Below are positions 1 through 13,040 of a DNA stretch of 64,000 nt, piece by piece. Both the position numbers and the translations under genes were made by a program. The DNA lies in assembly GCF_963921235.1 (NCBI RefSeq), contig NC_086108.1, forward strand, positions 64,296,001-64,360,000, read 5' to 3'. Within the stretch, counting starts at the first letter, position 1; every line of letters begins with the position of its first letter. The notes beneath the pieces were generated by a model that worked only from the letters and a program-made list of their open reading frames with translations, made no database searches and was not told the origin of the DNA. The DNA comes from Mobula hypostoma. Lineage: Eukaryota.

Positions 1-705
1 ATGAAAGAGTTTACTTATGAGGAGCATTTGGTGGCTCTGGGCCTATATTCACTTGAGATTAGAAGAATTTGGGGAGATCTCATTGAAACCTATCGAATAT
101 TGAAAGATGCAAACACGAGGAAATCTGCAGGTGCTGGAATTTCAAGCAACACACATAAAAGTTGCTGGTGGATGCAGCAGGCCAGGCAGCGTCTCTAGGA
201 AGAGGTACAGTCAACATTTCGGGCCGAGACCCTTTGTCAGGACTAACTGAAAGAAGAACTAGTAAATCTCTTACTAGTTCTTCTTTCAGTTAGTCCTGAC
301 AAAGGGTCTCGGCCCGAAACGTCGATTGTACCTCTTCCTAGGAATATTGAAAGATCTAGACAGAGTGGATGTGGAGAAGATGTTTCCTACAGGAGGCGGA
401 GTCTAGGACCAGAGGGCACAGCATCAGAATGGAAGGACATCCCCTCAGAATAGAGATGAGGAGGAATTTTTTTAGCTAGAGGGTGGTGAAATTTATTGTG
501 ACAGACAGCTGTGGAGGCCAAGTCAATGGGTATATTTAAAGCAGAGGTTGATAGGTTCTTGATTCGTAAGGGTGTCAAAGGTTCTGGGGAGAAGGTAGGA
601 GAGTGTAGTTGAGAGAGATAATAAATCAGCTATGATGGAAAGGCAAAGCAGACTCAATAGGTTGAATGGCCTAATTCTGCTCCCACGTCGCATAGTCTTA
701 TGCTA
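1..705 (+). mobile_element. CR1/HER1-like LINE 3' fragment (ORF2 C-terminus and 3' UTR), interrupted at 109-341
   Basis: Translates as YEEHLVALGLYSLEIRRIWGDLIETYRILK, matching the C-terminus of the 29020-30249 ORF. Sequence resumes after the insertion with gtggatgtggagaagatgtttcct...gagatgaggaggaattt. Confidence 0.9.
109..341 (-). mobile_element. Short Penelope-like terminal-repeat insertion with internal 71-bp inverted repeat and 14-bp TSD
   Basis: Matches the terminus of the long PLE at 60453. Arms 195-265 and 271-341 differ at 3 positions. gaatattgaaagat is duplicated at 95-108 and 342-355. Confidence 0.9.
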
Positions 706-3146
706 AACTTATGAAACTTGAATATGATAGAAATACAGCTGATTAAAAACTGGAATCTCTGCTGGATAGGCGCTGGGCATTGCAAATCTCAAAGTCCACA
801 GCCCGTGGACTTAATGTGATTTATTTACAAATGAGAATTTAGCACAAAAGAAACAAAGAAAAGCAGACAACATAATTTGCGGTTTTGAAGACAGAAAAGA
901 TATGTGGATATAGAACGTAGGATTTTTTTAATAAACTGTACAATGCTGAGGTAGATTTTTGCTTTCAGGGCGAACCAACTGTCCAACCAACTGTCAAGTG
1001 CATCGACCAGCTGCCTGATGTGTCAGCTGGAGGCTCAGCCCATTTTGAGCACTAGGCTTCATTAACATTTATTTCAGAAGACTGTGTACACTCAGTGAGT
1101 CACTGTGCAGTTTTCTATCTTCAGACCTGTGCAATAGCACAGGGCCCAAAGACTGGTCGAACCATAAAAGTAGGTTGGATTTGTGATCATGGGAAAAGAT
1201 AGGGTTTGTAAACCTGTGCGAATGGCCAGATCCTACTGTATTTCAGAACCATGGAGGAGTTATCTGCAGACCTCCTGAGCTCAGAAAACTATCAAGGTAC
1301 TTTCTATTAATTTGAGTGTTCCATCATGGAAGATGCTCTGTACAGCAATTCATTAACTTGGCACTGGAGTATTACATAAAGATAGGACGATGGTCTGCAC
1401 ATATTAATGAGGCTTGCTGCTGTGTCATTCCACTCCATTGTCCTGTGAAGAAAGGCAATTGTTCGTGATGTCTACCGCAACCACACCTAGAACTGTTCAG
1501 TTTTTACTGGATGAAAAGAACTGACCCTCTTTTTAAATATTATGCCTTTGTGCCCTGGAGAGAGATTAATTGAGAATCTTCTGATGACTAAAATTTCTGC
1601 CTTGATAATTGTAAGCATTGAATCCATGTTTGTCCATGTACAATCTGTGGGAGCTTTGGGATGATTTTGTACAAGTAGGCAATACACTTCAGTAAACCAA
1701 CAAACTGCTCAGCACAGGGCTGGTTCCTACACTTGCAATGTGGGTGACCTTCTAAAGCAGGGGACTTAGAGGATTATTAAGTAGCAGGAGAATTGCTTTG
1801 CATGCATCGTGCATGTGAGATGAATTTCCAAGAATATGAAATTGAAAAACAGCAAAATAAAACAGTGCCTGCAGTTCAGTAGCAAAGCAGTTAAGTGTTC
1901 TGAGTAGCTTCTGTTAGCCAATGCATCTAGCTAACATTGGCATCCCTTGGACGGGTAAACAGAGCATCCAGATTCTATGACTACTGCATAATTTAGCAAT
2001 AACATTGTACCCGTGCAACTCAAGAATACTTCTTATGATTAGAGATGGCATTATGTGTAACCCATCTTTCTTTGTCACACAACAAAAGGCCCCATACAGA
2101 GACACTGGCCGCTGAGTGACACTTGTGGGTCTGTACCAGACAGTTCCATAGTGCCAGATGCTTCAGCTGGTAGTTAACAAAAAAGAAAACTGGTTGCCAA
2201 GATATGCTATACCAAGGCAACTGTGCCAAGAAAAAGTTTCCTTCATGTTCTCCAAGCTCTGACCCATCCTCATCACTGCAAGGGGCCCACATTCATAACC
2301 TACAAACAATTGCATCATTCATTCTAAGTAAGCAAACTGTCTAGAGTTTAACCGTCAAAGGCCTGAATTTACTTTAGTGATTGGTTACAGCAAAACTGTA
2401 AATGGGAACTGAAGTCACATGTTTAAACAAAGTAGAGATGGAAAATTAAATACTTGACTGGGCAGCAGGATGAATCACATAGAAGCCATTTCGTAGGAAT
2501 AATCCAGTAATGAGCAAACCAGTGTGGATTTTATAGAGAATGAGGTCTGAGAGTCCTATCAACTGGTTTTAAATACGTAGACAAAAGGTGTTCTGAGTAA
2601 TTAATTATGGCTAAACTATCAATTAATTAATCATGTTAATGTTACAGCATCAGCACATTGGTGTTGTATTTGTTTTGGTTCTTTATTGAACCCTGGAAAA
2701 TGAGGAGTAGTTTTAATTCTCAGGTGCTTACCTCAGTGAAGGCAGATATCGCCAATGAAACTCACTGACACTTCCAACATGCAGACATAACTTGTAGACA
2801 AATGAAAGAAAAATAATTTTTTGAAGGCAATACACTGACTGAACACAAAACTCATGGACTACTAGATAGTAATGATCCCTGTCCTTTATAGTCCTAGACA
2901 TTGTTTACCTATAGTAGGCATGGCAAGGCATTCTAAAGACATGAAATGCTGTCTCTGCAATATCTCTTAAGTTAATTGGAAGGATAATTGATTCAATATT
3001 AGCATTCTCTCCCAGGCCAACACCCCCAAGCACTGAGACCCTAATTACATTCATTTGGCTCCACTGGGCAGATCATATTGTTTGCATGCTCAACGTTGGA
3101 CTCCTGAAACAGAAAGTGTATTCTAAGCTCTGTCATAGGAAGAGAT

Positions 3147-3861
3147 TATAGAACATTTCAGCATAGAGAAGGCCAATCAGCCCATAATGATGTACTAAAC
3201 CAGATAAATTAGGAATCAAATGGCTAAATAAGCTAATTCCTTCTGCCTACACAATGTCCATATTCATCCATTTCCCTCACATTCATGTGCCTCTCTAATT
3301 GTCTGTTAAAAGTCCCTAGTGTGTCTGCCTCTACCACAACCCCAGGCAGCACATTCCAGGCACCCACCACTCTATGTAAGAACCCTGCCTCTCGCATCTC
3401 CTTTAAAATTATTTTCTCTCACTTTAAATGCATGCTCTTTGAAATTAGACATTTCAACCATGGGAAAAAGACACTGTCTGTCTGCTCTGTCAATGCGTCT
3501 CATAAACTTAAAAAAGCTCCATTAGATCTCGCCTCAGCCTCCACCACTCCAGAGAAAACAACCAAAGATTTTTCAGTGTTTTATTATAGCACGTGCCCTC
3601 TAATCCAGGCAGTATCCTGGCAAACTTCTTCTGCACCGTCTCCAAAGTGTCAACATCCTTTCTATAATGAGGTGACCAGAACTGTATGCACTCCAGATGT
3701 GGCTTAATTAGAATTAGACTTTTTAACTCAATGACTCGACTAATAAATGCAAGCATGCCTTATGTCTTCTTAACCACCCTATCAACCTGTGAAGTCAGTT
3801 TTCAGGGAGCTGAGTACTTGGATCCCAAGATCCATCTGCTTATCAACATTGTTAAGGATCT
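3147..3861 (-). mobile_element. CR1-like LINE 3' fragment
   Basis: Minus-strand ORF 3508-3756 reads KPHLECIQFWSPHYRKDVDTLETVQKKFARILPGLEG, a CR1 ORF2 C-terminal motif. Confidence 0.88.
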
Positions 3862-4670
3862 CAAACATGAGAAGGTCTGCAGATGCTGAAAATCCAGAGC
3901 AGCACACACAGAATGCTGGAGGAACTCAGCAGGTTAGGCAGCATCCGTGGAAGTGAATAAACAGTCGATGTTTCGGGCCGAGACCCTTCTTTTGGACTGG
4001 AAAGGAAAGGGGAAGATGCTAGAATAAAAAAGGTGGGGGTGGGGAAGGGAAGGAGAACAGCTAGAAAGTGATAGATGAAGCCAGAAGGACAGGAAAGATA
4101 AAAGGTTGGAGATGAAAGAATCCAATAGGAATTTGACAGGGATGAGACAGGATCCGACAGGAGAGGAGACAAGGCCACAGGAGAAAGGGAAAGAGGACAG
4201 GATCCAGGGGGTGGTGACAGGCAGATGAGAAGAGGAAAGAGGCCAGTGCAAGGAACGGAAGAAGATGGCGGGTGGGAGGAAGAAATCGATATTCATGCCA
4301 TCAGACTGAAAGCTACCCAGATGGAATATAAGGTGTTGCCCGTCCACTCCGAGGGTGCTGTTCCTCCACATCTTGGCACAAGAGGAGGCCATGGACTGAC
4401 ATATCAGAATGGCAATGGGAATCAGAATCAAAATATTTGGCCACTGGGAAGTTCTGCTTTTGGTGGATGGAGCAGAGGTGCCCAACGAAGCAGGCTGCAT
4501 CAGGAGCACCGGACACAATAGACAACTCCAACATATTCACAGGAGGTGAATGAACAGGTGTAGCACTTTGACAGTTTGCTTCCTTCATCTCTGCCACATT
4601 TGTCCCCAGGGTGCAGCTTTCCTTTCCAGGACATCAGAGATGTCCACCTTCTTCAGGGAGCAGGGTTTTG
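3862..4670 (-). mobile_element. Penelope-like element 3' fragment (GIY-YIG tail and terminal repeat) with an inverted RT piece at about 4575-4668
   Basis: Peptides FPVAKYFDSDSHCHSDMSVHGLL and QHLIFHLGSFQSDGMNIDF on the minus strand; terminal-repeat motif at 3962-3999. The plus-strand segment resembles PLE RT (LCHICPQGAAFLSRTSEMSTFF). Confidence 0.85.
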
Positions 4671-4689
4671 TAACAACACAATCTAAATC

Positions 4690-5210
4690 AGCTGGGAAAC
4701 AAATGGCAACTGGAATTTAACTCAGAAGTCATACTATAGGATGGGATTATGCTGAAGGGCATAGAAAAAGATTCTCAAGGACGTTGCTGGGAATGGAGGG
4801 CTTGAGTTACAAGGAGAGACTGAGTCAGCTGGACTGTTTATCCTGCAACAAAGGAGGCCGAGATGCTTATAAAATAACGAGGATCGTAGATAGGGTAGAT
4901 AGTCACAGTCTTTATCCTAGTGTTGGGAAGTCACTGGAGGACACAGCTTTAAGGTGAGTGAGGAAAGGTTTAAAGGAAACTTGGGGGGCATGTGTTTCAT
5001 ACAAGGTAGTGGGGTCTATGAAATCAGCTGCCATAGGAGCTTATAGAAACAAATACAATTACATTTAAGAACATTTGGACAGTATATGAAAAGGAAAGGT
5101 AGCAGAATATGGGCAAAGAACAAGGAAATGGGACTAACTCTGCAGACACCTCAGTCAGTACGGGTGAGTTGGGCTGAAGGCCTTTATCTATTCTGTATAA
5201 CTCTATAACA
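4690..5210 (+). mobile_element. Degraded CR1-like LINE 3' fragment
   Basis: aaatggcaactggaatttaac...gagggcttgagttacaaggagagactg...gggctgaagggccttt is similar to the other CR1 3' ends in the window. Confidence 0.75.
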
Positions 5211-7701
5211 CTATAGATGAATTTCCCTTGAAGGTTGCACTGGTTATCAGTACCTGACTTGCAATGCCATGGAAGAATGACTGGTGTGTCATCATTATAA
5301 TAGATATTGCAACATCATTACTATGATTGTGACACTGTCTTCTGTATAGTCATTATAATATACAGTATACTTATATTATAATGAATGTACAAAATTGGTC
5401 TCACCATTATAATCATAACACCTATGATGCCTTGTGTTTATAATATATATAATAATTGCAGTATGTGCTGTACATTATCACAATGCATGCTGGTATATTG
5501 TTACAATTATAAGAAGGTCTAAAACATCATAATCAGAACTATAATACATATTGCAGTTTGTATCCTGATATGAATCTATGGCAAGCCTTTGTGCAGTTCA
5601 AATGAAGCATTCTCAACAGAATTTGGCTGAAGTGTTTTAAGGTGATGCATTCCTTAAGTCCAGAGAAAGTGATCAAGTTTCCAGAGCCCTTTGTTCTTAT
5701 TGAAGTAAAATGTTTGTGTTATAAAATGAATATCATGATTGCAGGTTTATTTAATGTCTGAGTCATTCATTTCAATGCTTCCCACTACAATGATGTAAAG
5801 CTCCTCACATAATCCACAATACTGGATGACAGTTCGAGTGCCATTGATGATATCTTTGAAAAGCATGAGAAAATAGAGAATTTTGAATATATCTTGAGTT
5901 ATTAAAGTTTAAAATCATTTTCACAATCTACAATATTGTCATTTTTGAAATGCATTTCCTAATATATATGCATAAAAATGTGTTATTGGCATCTCATATG
6001 TATGAATTAGTACCTAAACCATTTAACGTAATAATTGTAAACTATGAACATTCACATCTAACTCTATTTACATATAGATGCCTTGAAAAGCTGTCTTACT
6101 TGTCTAAATCAGGATTATATCAAAGTTTATTCATTAATTGCTCTAAATATTGAAGCTTTATGATTAGAGATATTAAAACATTCACTATTTGAAACCTTAC
6201 AAATGTTCCGAGAAATATTGGTGTTCTCATATTTTAGGAGTCAGCTCTGATTTGCATCAGATGAAACTATGCTTGAAAAATTAACACCAATTTCCATTTA
6301 GGTTGGCAAATCTCAGCAACAATGAAAAAAGAGTAGCTTTTTATTTTTTCTTGGCAAAAGAACCCATGAGAACAAGAATCTTCTCTTCCACCTAGTTGTT
6401 ATCCAAATTGCTTGTTATGCAACACTTAAACTGATTGCTTGCAGCATATTTTCAAAATAAGAAAATTGGTGTAACATGCTCTAAACATTGAAAATTTGTT
6501 CATCTTTGTCAAGGCAATATCACAAAAGTGGATTGCCATTGTTTTGGGAAGGCGTAGGAGGAGGAGGAGGAGGTTTGGATCTCGAAGCACAGGGACAGAT
6601 CACAATATATTAAACACATTGTGTATACATGTTTATGATTACAATATGCATGTACACTTATTAAGCTTCTCTCAAGGTAATTAAATTGAAATCATGGCAC
6701 ATTTGAGAAATTGTGCGACTGGAGATTGCTCGTTATTGCTTTTTTGCACTGGGCAGAGGTTCAAATGACTCTATGGGCTGCAAGAGAACTGACTGAATGA
6801 AACTACACATTTCCTGAAGTTTCACTTCTCTGAGGGTGTCTTCCAAAACTAGATGTGGAAGAAGCAAGATCCTCACAACCCGTACCTGATATCTTCTTGT
6901 TACAACATCTTCTTAACCACCATACCTGCTAAGCATGCTCTACATCCTTAAAGATTTATTAAATTGATCCACTATACCCTTTCTTCACCACTTGCACAGA
7001 AGATTTCTTTTGCTTTAAAAAGTATACTCTTCTGTAGTCTAAGCTTCCAGAATCTTTGGCTTTTCAGCTAGGCACAGAAGAGAAATCATTTCTGATCTTT
7101 TCCTGAAAAGAGATAGCGATCTACTCATTTCCCTCTTCCCACTTACAGGCATTCCCTCCAATTCTGGCAGTTGGGATTGACCGTGATTCATATTGTCCAA
7201 TCTCTGCCATAATCATCTGGCACTCAATATGCCATATATGTTGGAGATTTGGTCACAGCAGATACAATAAATACTGAGCCTAATGTTTTTTTTTATTTTA
7301 ATGCTATTCCTGGAATCTCATGAACTGTACTTGCAGAGTAGAATTTTCTGAACTTTAGCACCTGCAGCCAGATTGTTACTCCTTTCTCCTCCTAGTACTA
7401 CACCAAAACAACAATCCAATTACACCAGCATACACACAGAGTACAACAGGATTTCCACCGCAAAAACATGTTGCATTGTAGATTATGCTTTCTTCCCCTT
7501 TCCTCTCAGGCTGCTGGAAAGAACATTGGTTAAAGGCACAATGAATGAGTCCCATCCTGCTGTGTTTTTAATTGGCCCTTAAAAAGCTAGACAGAAGGGG
7601 TTTGTCAAGGATTTATTGTCTTCACTCTCTGTCTTCCCTTATTGTTGTCATTCTCTCTCTTTCTTGCTCCCTCCCTCTCTCCCTTTCTCTTCTCTCCCTC
7701 T

Positions 7702-7706
<5 letters not shown>

Positions 7707-7745
<39 letters not shown>
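7707..7745. repeat. (CT)n microsatellite in a pyrimidine-rich tract
   Basis: Perfect CT dinucleotide run seen directly. Confidence 0.97.
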
Positions 7746-7755
<10 letters not shown>

Positions 7756-9139
7756 AGTTGCCCTGTCTCTCCCTGAATCCATCTGCCTCATTAACATGGA
7801 TTGCTGGCAGGTCTCCTTGGCTTTGCTTTCCACAGCTGCTTGATGAAACAAATACTGGGAACCAAACATTCACAGAGGCCCAATGAACCACATCCTAAGT
7901 ACCAGGCTGCTGACCAAATCAACTCCACAAACAAAACCAGAAAGTTCATTTTAAATCCTGCAAAGCTGATTTTGACTTACAAGCTTAACCTGACTGAGCT
8001 AAGATCCAGGACACACAGCAGGAAGGGGTAGATTGTTTACTTGAATGATATGCATTCGTCAAATGAAACAACAGCATTATAAATGTGAATTACAGTGTGA
8101 AAATTGCCGTAACATGGTGAATTATGCAAATAAATTATTTGTGAGACAAATGGCATAGCTCAATTGCACTGTTATGCATATCAATCCATAAACCATTATG
8201 TCCTGGCACACACAGACAGTAGTGCAGACTGGCAACAATTTATTATACAGCAGAAGACTTGTATCTCAATGGCATAGACTGCGTTATCTTATGATATTCA
8301 GGACTGTTATTTTGCAATTGTTTGAGCATGCTTCATTCACAGTTTTATTCAAACATGCTTACAGCATGTACTATGAAATAAACAGGAGTATGATCCAATA
8401 AAATTTGTTGCTTTTATATTCTGTGTCTTTTCGTATTTTTCTCTCTATCCCTGTTAGAATTAACTAATGTTGGCTTATAATTCCATAGACATTGAGAAAA
8501 ACTGTGAGGAAGAGAGGGAACAATAAATTCTAAAAGGTAGTAGTTGAAGGAAATAAAAAAACAAAGATTCATACTTTTTAAAGCAGTGAGCCATTCTGAA
8601 AGAGAACGAGATTTTAAAAAAATTCTTTCGATGATTATCTCACTGAGAGTTAATAAAGGATTAACAATGGAGTTACAATGTGAGCACTGCTTTTCTGACC
8701 ATCATTTACTCCAGCAAAATTTGCCACACAGAGGATTTAAGCAGGAGAGAGAACAAGGAATAAAGGAACAGGAGAAATTTACAGAACGGACACAAGTGAG
8801 GAAAATGAACAAAATGAAAGAGAGATGCTGAATCAAAGATAGAGGAGTGTAGTCAAGGAAACCTTGCTGAGTTTTGCAATACTTTTTGCAACATTTCTGA
8901 GAGAATCTATTTATCACACATACTCCACTGGACAAGTGTCATACACACCACTTGAGTGAGAAATGCTATGCCTTATAATTGAATATATACTATTACTATT
9001 TTGTGAAATAGATTTGAAAATGTTGGCTAACAAGCAAACACACACTGATCTTCAAAGTTTCAGTGCATTTGAACAGCTGGAATTTTCATTAGAGACAAAG
9101 ATTAAGGAGCTCTATTGCCCCATAATTTAATCAATTCCA

Positions 9140-11720
9140 CTCAGCAGGGATTTTTTTTATTGTAGCACATGTCCTCTAATCTAGGCAGCATCCTGGTAAA
9201 ACTCTTCAGCAGCCTTTCCAAAGCCTCAGTATCCCTCCTATAATGGGACGAACAGAAGTGTGCGCAATACTCCAAATGCAGCCTAACTGGATTTTTATAA
9301 TGCCACAACATAACTTCCTCACATTTGAACTCTGTGCCTTGTCTGATAAAGGCAGGCATGCCATATGCCTTCTAACCACTCTATCAATGTGTGTAGCTAC
9401 TATCAAGGAGCTATGAACTTGGACCACAAGATCCCACTCTACATCAACCCTGGTAAGGGTCTTGTCTCTTCACAGTTGCCTTATCAAGGTGCAACACTTT
9501 ACATTTGAGCAGGTTAAACTCCATCTACTATTTCTCCAACCATACCTGCAACTGCTCTGTATCTCACTGTATTCTTGGCCAATGATCCACACTTTCTATA
9601 ACAATACTAATCTTTGTATCATCTGCAAACGTGCAAACCCATCCATCCACGTTTTCATTCCGGTCATTTGTATACATCACAAGCAGCAGAGGTTCCAGAA
9701 CAGACCCCTGCAGAACACCACTAACCACAGACCTCCAGCTAAAATAAGTCCCTTCAATCACTACCCTCTGTCTTTCTATGGGCATTCAGTTCCAAATCAA
9801 AACAGCCAAATCTCCATGGATCCCATGCATCTTAATTTTCTGGATGAGCCTCCGATGAGGGACCTTGTCAAACGTTTAACTAAAATCCATGTAGACAACA
9901 TCCACAGCTCTACCTTCATCAATCACCTTATTCACCTTGTCAAAAAATACAATCAAAATAGTAAAACACAACTTGCCCCAAACAAAGCCATGCTGGCTCC
10001 CTCTATTTAAGCCAAGGTTTTCCAAATGCTCATAAATCCTGTCCCTAAGAATTATCTCCAGTAATTTCCCTACCACTGATGTGAAACTTGCTGCTCTACA
10101 GTTCCAAGAATTATTCCTGATTCATGTCTTAAATAATGGAATAACATTAGTTACTCACCAGTACACTGGGGACTTGCCTTTGGCTAGAGAGGATATGAAG
10201 ATATTGGTCAAGGTCCCAGCAAATTCATCTCATGCCTCTCTTAATAACCAGGGGTATATCTCATCAAGTGCTGGGGACTTATCCACCTTAATGCTCTTTA
10301 AGAGACCCCACACTACTTCCTTCTTTACCTTGAAATGTTCTAGATATTAATAGTCTCGCTATGATCTCCCTATCCTCCACATCTCTTTGATTAATACTGA
10401 TATAAAGTACTCAATAAGGACCTCACTCCCATCCTCCACATTCAAGCAAATATTCTCCCCTTTATCCTTAAGTAGTCTTCTCTTCTCCCTAACTGTCCTT
10501 TTGCTCTTGATGTATGTCTCGAATGCCTTAGTATTCTCTTTAATCCTACTTGCCATGAACTTTTCATGGCCCCTCCTGGTATTCCTACTTCAGTTCTTGA
10601 GTTCTTTTCTGGCTTCTTTATAATCATCCAGGGCTCTGTTTGATTGTAGCTTCCTAAGCTTTGCGCATTTCTCTTTTTTTTCTTGACTACATTCATCACC
10701 TCCCTCAACATCCAAGGTTCTCTTACCTTGCCATCCTTGTCCTTCCTTCTAAATGGAATGTGACTGTCCTGTAAAGTGTGCATTTAGTCTTTAAACACCC
10801 TCCACATGTTGGATGTGGACTTGCCCAAAAACATCTGTTCCCAGTTAACTCTCCTTAATTCCTGCCTAATGCTCTTGTAATTTGCCCCTCTCCAATTTAA
10901 TACTCTTATTCAAATCCATACTTATCTTTATCTATTGCTACCTTAAAACTGAAGGAGTCTGTTCCTTAACTGCTCACCTACAGAAAGGTCAGTCACCCAT
11001 TACCCAACATCGCGTCAAGTATAGCTCTTCCTTCTGTTGGACTATTTTCTGTGCGTATTGATTTAAGAAACCCTCCTGGATACACCTAATAAATTCTTCC
11101 CCATCTAAATTTCTTGCACCAAGGAAGTCCCAATTTATATTAGGGAAATTGATGTCCCCCATGACAACAGCCCTATTGTTTTTATACCTTTCCTTAATCT
11201 GTCTGCATATGTATTCCTCAATGTCCAAATGGCTGTTGGGGTGTCTATGGTCAATCGCATCAGAGTGATTGCACCCTTCCTATTTTTGAGTTCTACCCAT
11301 AGAGACTCTGTGGACAAGCCCTACATTGTGTCCCCTCTGAGCGCATGTGTGATATTGTCCCTGATTAGTAGTGCAACTCCCCCCAATCCCCTATCCACCC
11401 TTTTACCTCCCTCTCTAACTTTTCAGAGACATTGAAACCCTGAGACAGTACGCACCCTATCCTGTCCCTCTTTCAACGAAGTCTCTGTAACAAGCACGTT
11501 ATAATTCTATGTATTGATACATGCTCTAAGTTAATCACCTTTACCCATAATACCCCTAGCATCAAAATACACACACTTCAAACTATCCATCCCATCATAT
11601 CTATTGCATTGCTCCTGCCTGTTTCTACAGGCCCTGACTTCCACCTTCCTCTCTATCCCTCCACTTTCTGACCTGGTGCTTTGGTTCCCATCCCCCATCA
11701 GCCTAATTTAAACCTTCCTA
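9140..11720 (-). mobile_element. Degenerate CR1-like LINE ORF2 (AP endonuclease and RT)
   Basis: Minus-strand fragments ESLWVELKNRKG, VMGDINFPNINW, SQHGFVWGKLC, VVYMDFS, SGVLQGSVLEP, FADDTKI and VRLHLEYCAHF occur in colinear order, with stops and frameshifts. Confidence 0.93.
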
Positions 11721-11809
11721 AGGAGGATTTTATGCATTCCACCTCTTCTCCTTCCCTCTTCAACTTAAAACTAACGAAAATCCTCTCTTTCAAATTCCTG
11801 ACCTGAGAG

Positions 11810-12275
11810 ATTTTAACTCAAATTTTTGGATTTTCTTTCCATTTAGAAAATGGTCTACTCTTTCATTTCTTCTACCAAAGTGTATGGCCATACACTTCCT
11901 AACACAGTATTTCATCTGGCATTTCTTTGCCCATTCTTCAAATCTTCCTAAGTCCGTCTGTAGCCTCTCTACTTCCACAAAACTACCTGCCTCTCCAGCT
12001 ATCTTCATATCATCTGCAAACTTTGCAGCAAAGCCACCAAGTCCATCATTCAAATCATTGACATATAACATTAAAAAAAATCGGTCCCAACACAACTCTC
12101 TGTGGAACACCACTAGTCACCGGCAGCCAGCCAGAAATGGTTCCCTTCATTCCCACTCTTTGCCTCCTGCCAGTCAGCCACTGCTTTATCCATGCCAGGA
12201 TCTTTCCTGTAATACCATAGGCTCATAGCCTGTTAAGCAGCCTCATGTGTGGCACCTTGTCAAAGGCCCTCCAAA
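11810..12275 (-). mobile_element. Second CR1 RT fragment from a different subfamily
   Basis: LYVNDLNDGLGGFAAKFADDMKIAGEAGS...LQTDLGRFEEWAKKCQMKY. Confidence 0.88.
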
Positions 12276-12284
12276 TGATATTAA

Positions 12285-13040
12285 GCATTCCCCTCCCTCA
12301 CTGCAATTAAGGACCCCAAACAGTACTTCTAGGTGAGGTGACACCTCACCTGTGAGTCTGTTGAGGTAATCCACTGTATCTGGTGCTCCCAGTGTGGCCT
12401 CCTGTATATTGGTGTAACCCAACATAGATTAGGAGACTGCTTCCCCGAGCACCTACGCTCCTTCCACCAGAAAGACACCCACTTCAATTCTACTTCCCAT
12501 TCCCATTCCCACATGTCAGTCATGGTCTCCTCTTCTGTCATGATGAGGCCACACTCAGTTTGAGGAACAACACCTTATATTCTGTCTGGGTAGCCTCCAA
12601 CCTGATGGCATGAACACTGATTTTTCAAACTTCCAGTAATTGCCTCCCCTTCACCATTCCCCATTCCTGTTTCCTCCTCTCACATTATCTCCTTACCTAC
12701 CCATTACCTCCCTTTGGTGCTCCTCCTCCTTCCCTTTCTTCCATGGTCTCCTATAATCTCCTATAAGATTCCCGCTTCTCCAGTCCTTTATCTCTTTCAC
12801 CAATCAACTTCCCAGCTCTTTACATCACCCTTCCCCCTTTCCTGGTTTCACCTATCATCTGCAACCTTGTACGTCTTCCTCCCCTCCCCCTCCACCTTCT
12901 TATTCTGACTCCTCATCTATTTTTCCAGTCTTATTGAAGCACCTCACCCCGTAGCGATGACTGTTTTTTTTTCTTTTCCATGGATGCCGCCTGACCTGCT
13001 GAGTTCCTCCAGCATTTTGTGTGTGTTGCTTTGGATTTCC
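12285..13040 (+). mobile_element. Penelope-like element 3' fragment (GIY-YIG endonuclease and terminal repeat)
   Basis: Translates as TCESVEVIHCIWCSQCGLLYIGVTQHRLGDCFPEH. Ends in gatgccgcctgacctgctgagttcctccagcattttgtgtgtgttgc. Confidence 0.88.

Noticed and set aside
291..328. Functional hammerheads at 291-328, 3962-3999, about 12927-12963 and 60552-60589
   Set aside because: Core boxes are mutated; kept only as degenerate homologues.
973..995. Short direct duplication aaccaactgtc (also gattctcaga near 38390)
   Set aside because: Ordinary slippage duplications.
3934..4518. 194-aa ORF
   Set aside because: Mixed-frame read-through of the PLE endonuclease tail and pyrimidine-rich UTR.
7572..7886. 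Overlapping ORFs rich in LS or ER repeats
   Set aside because: Translations of the (CT)n microsatellite.
9462..10010. 182-aa plus-strand ORF
   Set aside because: Antisense to a degenerate CR1 RT.
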